Shown here: in pieces, positions 60,689 to 64,000 of the stretch
Numbering within the stretch: the stretch's first letter is position 1
Layout of the letters: the number at the start of each line of letters is the position of its first letter
Source of the DNA: Setoptus koraiensis
Lineage: Eukaryota > Animalia > Arthropoda
Reading direction: 5' to 3'
Assembly (NCBI GenBank): GCA_048013815.1
Contig: CM106585.1
Location: 22,134,001 to 22,198,000, forward strand
DNA length: 64,000 bases
Made by a program: the position numbers and the translations under genes
The notes under the pieces: model-generated
What the model saw: only the letters and a program-made list of their open reading frames with translations
What the model was told of the DNA's origin: nothing
The model's database searches: none

Positions 60689-63600
60689 GACTCGACAGTG
60701 GGTTCGACATCTTCCTCAGATGGCTGAGGCTCGAGTTCGAGATCGACAGAAGATTTCTTCGTCTTCTTGGGCACCTTCTTCTTCTTTCTTAGACCTGTTG
60801 CAATATCAATCTCCAGATCGTCAGTGACGTCTTGCTGTGGCTCGACATCTAGTGCGAGAGACTCGACAGTGGGTTCGACATCTTCCTCAGATGGCTGAGG
60901 CTCGAGTTCGAGCTCTGTAGAAGATTTCTTCGTCTTCTTGGGCACCTTCTTCTTCTTTCTTAGACCTGTGCTAATATCAATCTCCAGATCGTCAGTGACG
61001 TCTTGCTGTGGCTCGACATCTAGTGCGAGAGACTCGACAGTGGGTTCGACATCTTCCTCAGATGGCTGAGGCTCGAGTTCGAGATCAACAGAAGATTTCT
61101 TTGTTTTCTTAGAAGCCTTCTTTGTCTTCCTCGGCATTTCTGCAAGCTCAGGCTGAATTTCTGTTGCATCAACAAATGTTGATGTTTCAGTTGAATCTAG
61201 ATCCGCATCAGTTGGTTGTTTCTGTGAAGAATCAAACTCACCGGGTATTGTGTCAACGTAGGCATCTTGGTCAGATAGCTGAGGCTCAGATTCTAGCTCT
61301 GTGGAAGATTTCTTCGGCTTCTTGGGCACCTTCTTCTTCTTTCTTAGACCTGTGCTAATATCAATCTCCAGATCGTCAGTGACGTCTTGCTGTGGCTCGA
61401 CATCTAGTGCGAGAGACTCGACTGAAGGTTCAACACCTTCTTCGTCGCCAAGTTGGGGCTCTAGTTCGAGCTCTGTAGAAGATTTCTTCGTCTTCTTGGG
61501 CACCTTCTTCTTCTTTCTTAGACCTGTGCTAATATCAATCTCCAGATCGTCAGCGACGTCTTGCTGTGGCTCGACATCTAGTGCGAGAGACTCGACAGTG
61601 GGTTCGACATCTTCCTCAGATGGCTGAGGCTCGAGTTCGAGATCGACAGAAGATTTCTTCGTCTTCTTGGGCACCTTCTTCTTCTTTCTTAGACCTGTTG
61701 CAATATCAATCTCCAGATCGTCAGCGACGTCTTGCTGTGGCTCGACATCTAGTGCGAGAGACTCGACAGTGGGTTCGACATCTTCCTCAGATGGCTGAGG
61801 CTCGAGTTCGAGATCGACAGAAGATTTCTTCGTCTTCTTGGGCACCTTCTTCTTCTTTCTTAGACCTGTGCTAATATCAATCTCCAGATCGTCAGTGACG
61901 TCTTGCTGTGGCTCGACATCTAGTGCGAGAGACTCGACAGTGGGTTCGACATCTTCCTCAGATGGCTGAGGCTCGAGTTCGAGATCGACAGAAGATTTCT
62001 TCGTCTTCTTGGGCACCTTCTTCTTCTTTCTCAGACCTGTTGCAATATCAATCTCCAGATCGTCAGTGACGTCTTGCTGTGGCTCGACATCTAGTGCGAG
62101 AGACTCGACAGTGGGTTCGACATCTTCCTCAGATGGCTGAGGCTCGAGTTCGAGATCGACAGAAGATTTCTTCGTCTTCTTGGGCACCTTCTTCTTCTTT
62201 CTTAGACCTGTGCTAATATCAATCTCCAGATCGTCAGTGACGTCTTGCTGTGGCTCGACATCTAGTGCGAGAGACTCGACAGTGGGTTCGACATCTTCCT
62301 CAGATGGCTGAGGCTCGAGTTCGAGATCGACAGAAGATTTCTTCGTCTTCTTGGGCACCTTCTTCTTCTTTCTTAGACCTGTTGCAATATCAATCTCCAG
62401 ATCGTCAGCGACGTCTTGCTGTGGCTCGACATCTAGTGCGAGAGACTCGACTGAAGGTTCAACACCTTCTTCGTCGCCAAGTTGGGGCTCTAGTTCGAGC
62501 TCTGTAGAAGATTTCTTCGTCTTCTTGGGCACCTTCTTCTTCTTTCTTAGACCTGTGCTAATATCAAACTCCAGATCGTCAGCGACGTCTTGCTGTGGCT
62601 CGACATCTAGTGCGAGAGACTCGACAGTGGGTTCGACATCTTCCTCAGATGGCTGAGGCTCGAGTTCGAGATCGACAGAAGATTTCTTCGTCTTCTTGGG
62701 CACCTTCTTCTTCTTTCTTAGACCTGTTGCAATATCAATCTCCAGATCGTCAGCGACGTCTTGCTGTGGCTCGACATCTAGTGCGAGAGACTCGACTGAA
62801 GGTTCAACACCTTCTTCGTCGCCAAGTTGGGGCTCTAGTTCGAGCTCTGTAGAAGATTTCTTCGTCTTCTTGGGCACCTTCTTCTTCTTTCTTAGACCTG
62901 TGCTAATATCAATCTCCAGATCGTCAGCGACGTCTTGCTGTGGCTCGACATCTAGTGCGAGAGACTCGACAGTGGGTTCGACATCTTCCTCAGATGGCTG
63001 AGGCTCGAGTTCGAGATCGACAGAAGATTTCTTCGTCTTCTTGGGCACCTTCTTCTTCTTTCTTAGACCTGTGCTAATATCAATCTCCAGATCGTCAGTG
63101 ACGTCTTGCTGTGGCTCGACATCTAGTGCGAGAGACTCGACTGAAGGTTCAACACCTTCTTCGTCGCCAAGTTGGGGCTCTAGTTCGAGCTCTGTAGAAG
63201 ATTTCTTCGTCTTCTTGGGCACCTTCTTCTTCTTTCTTAGACCTGTGCTAATATCAATCTCCAGATCGTCAGTGACGTCTTGCTGTGGCTCGACATCTAG
63301 TGCGAGAGACTCGACAGTGGGTTCGACATCTTCCTCAGATGGCTGAGGCTCGAGTTCGAGATCGACAGAAGATTTCTTCGTCTTCTTGGGCACCTTCTTC
63401 TTCTTTCTTAGACCTGTTGCAATATCAATCTCCAGATCGTCAGTGACGTCTTGCTGTGGCTCGACATCTAGTGCGAGAGACTCGACTGAAGGTTCAACAC
63501 CTTCTTCGTCGCCAAGTTGGGGCTCTAGTTCGAGCTCTGTAGAAGATTTCTTCGTCTTCTTGGGCACCTTCTTCTTCTTTCTTAGACCTGTGCTAATATC

Positions 63601-64000
63601 AATCTCCAGATCGTCAGTGACGTCTTGCTGTGGCTCGACATCTAGTGCGAGAGACTCGACAGTGGGTTCGACATCTTCCTCAGATGGCTGAGGCTCGAGT
63701 TCGAGATCGACAGAAGATTTCTTCGTCTTCTTGGGCACCTTCTTCTTCTTTCTTAGACCTGTGCTAATATCAATCTCCAGATCGTCAGTGACGTCTTGCT
63801 GTGGCTCGACATCTAGTGCGAGAGACTCGACAGTGGGTTCGACATCTTCCTCAGATGGCTGAGGCTCGAGTTCGAGATCGACAGAAGATTTCTTCGTCTT
63901 CTTGGGCACCTTCTTCTTCTTTCTTAGACCTGTTGCAATATCAATCTCCAGATCGTCAGTGACGTCTTGCTGTGGCTCGACATCTAGTGCGAGAGACTCG
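60689..64000 (-). CDS. Partial giant repeat protein (titin/PEVK-like by composition), open at the window end and at the gap
   Basis: Stop-free for 3.3 kb. It contains 17 complete 57/58-aa units (KKKKVPKKTKKSS...DLEIDI(S/A)TGLR), two partial units and one unique insert. No Ig or Fn3 domain is visible here, so the titin/sallimus identity is inference. Confidence 0.8.
60689..64000. repeat. Coding tandem array of 171-bp (A) and 174-bp (B) units with 345-bp AB dimers
   Basis: CTCGACATCTAGTGCGAGAGACTCG recurs at 61741, 61912, 62083 and 62254 (period 171); shadow ORFs recur at 62351, 62696, 63041 and 63386 (period 345). Confidence 0.98.

Noticed and set aside
60689-64000. CRISPR-like or satellite interpretation of the periodic array, and its plus-strand ORFs
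   Set aside because: There are no unique spacers, unit lengths are multiples of 3, and the minus frame is stop-free; the plus ORFs are shadows.

Overview
Eukaryotic scaffold window, AT-rich and microsatellite-rich, with two 500-N gaps. It is arthropod by gene content; a mite-like compact genome is my inference only. Well-supported contents: (1) an intact Ty1/copia LTR retrotransposon (6815-11319, minus) with identical 200-bp LTRs ending TG...AA, a half-tRNA-iMet PBS, a PPT and a single 1323-aa gag-pol ORF; (2) a two-exon NK2.1/scarecrow-like homeobox gene (14502-17235, +); (3) tRNA-Asn(GTT) at 47967-48040; (4) a multi-exon beaten-path (Beat)-family Ig gene (about 52860-59241+, +) greatly enlarged by Q/N-rich low-complexity sequence, part of it inside the second Ig domain; (5) a partial, open-ended minus-strand ORF of 57/58-aa K-rich/E-D-rich tandem repeats, titin/PEVK-like by inference (60689-64000). 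There are also several orphan signal-peptide genes, including a three-exon gene at 48365-49213 that the ORF track splits, a proline-rich ORF, a diverged direct-repeat pair (40.0 kb and 46.8 kb) and pervasive short tandem 'stutter' duplications. Most short ORFs in the track are shadows of microsatellites or antisense to real genes. No database search was possible, so all 'orphan' labels mean only that I did not recognise the sequence.
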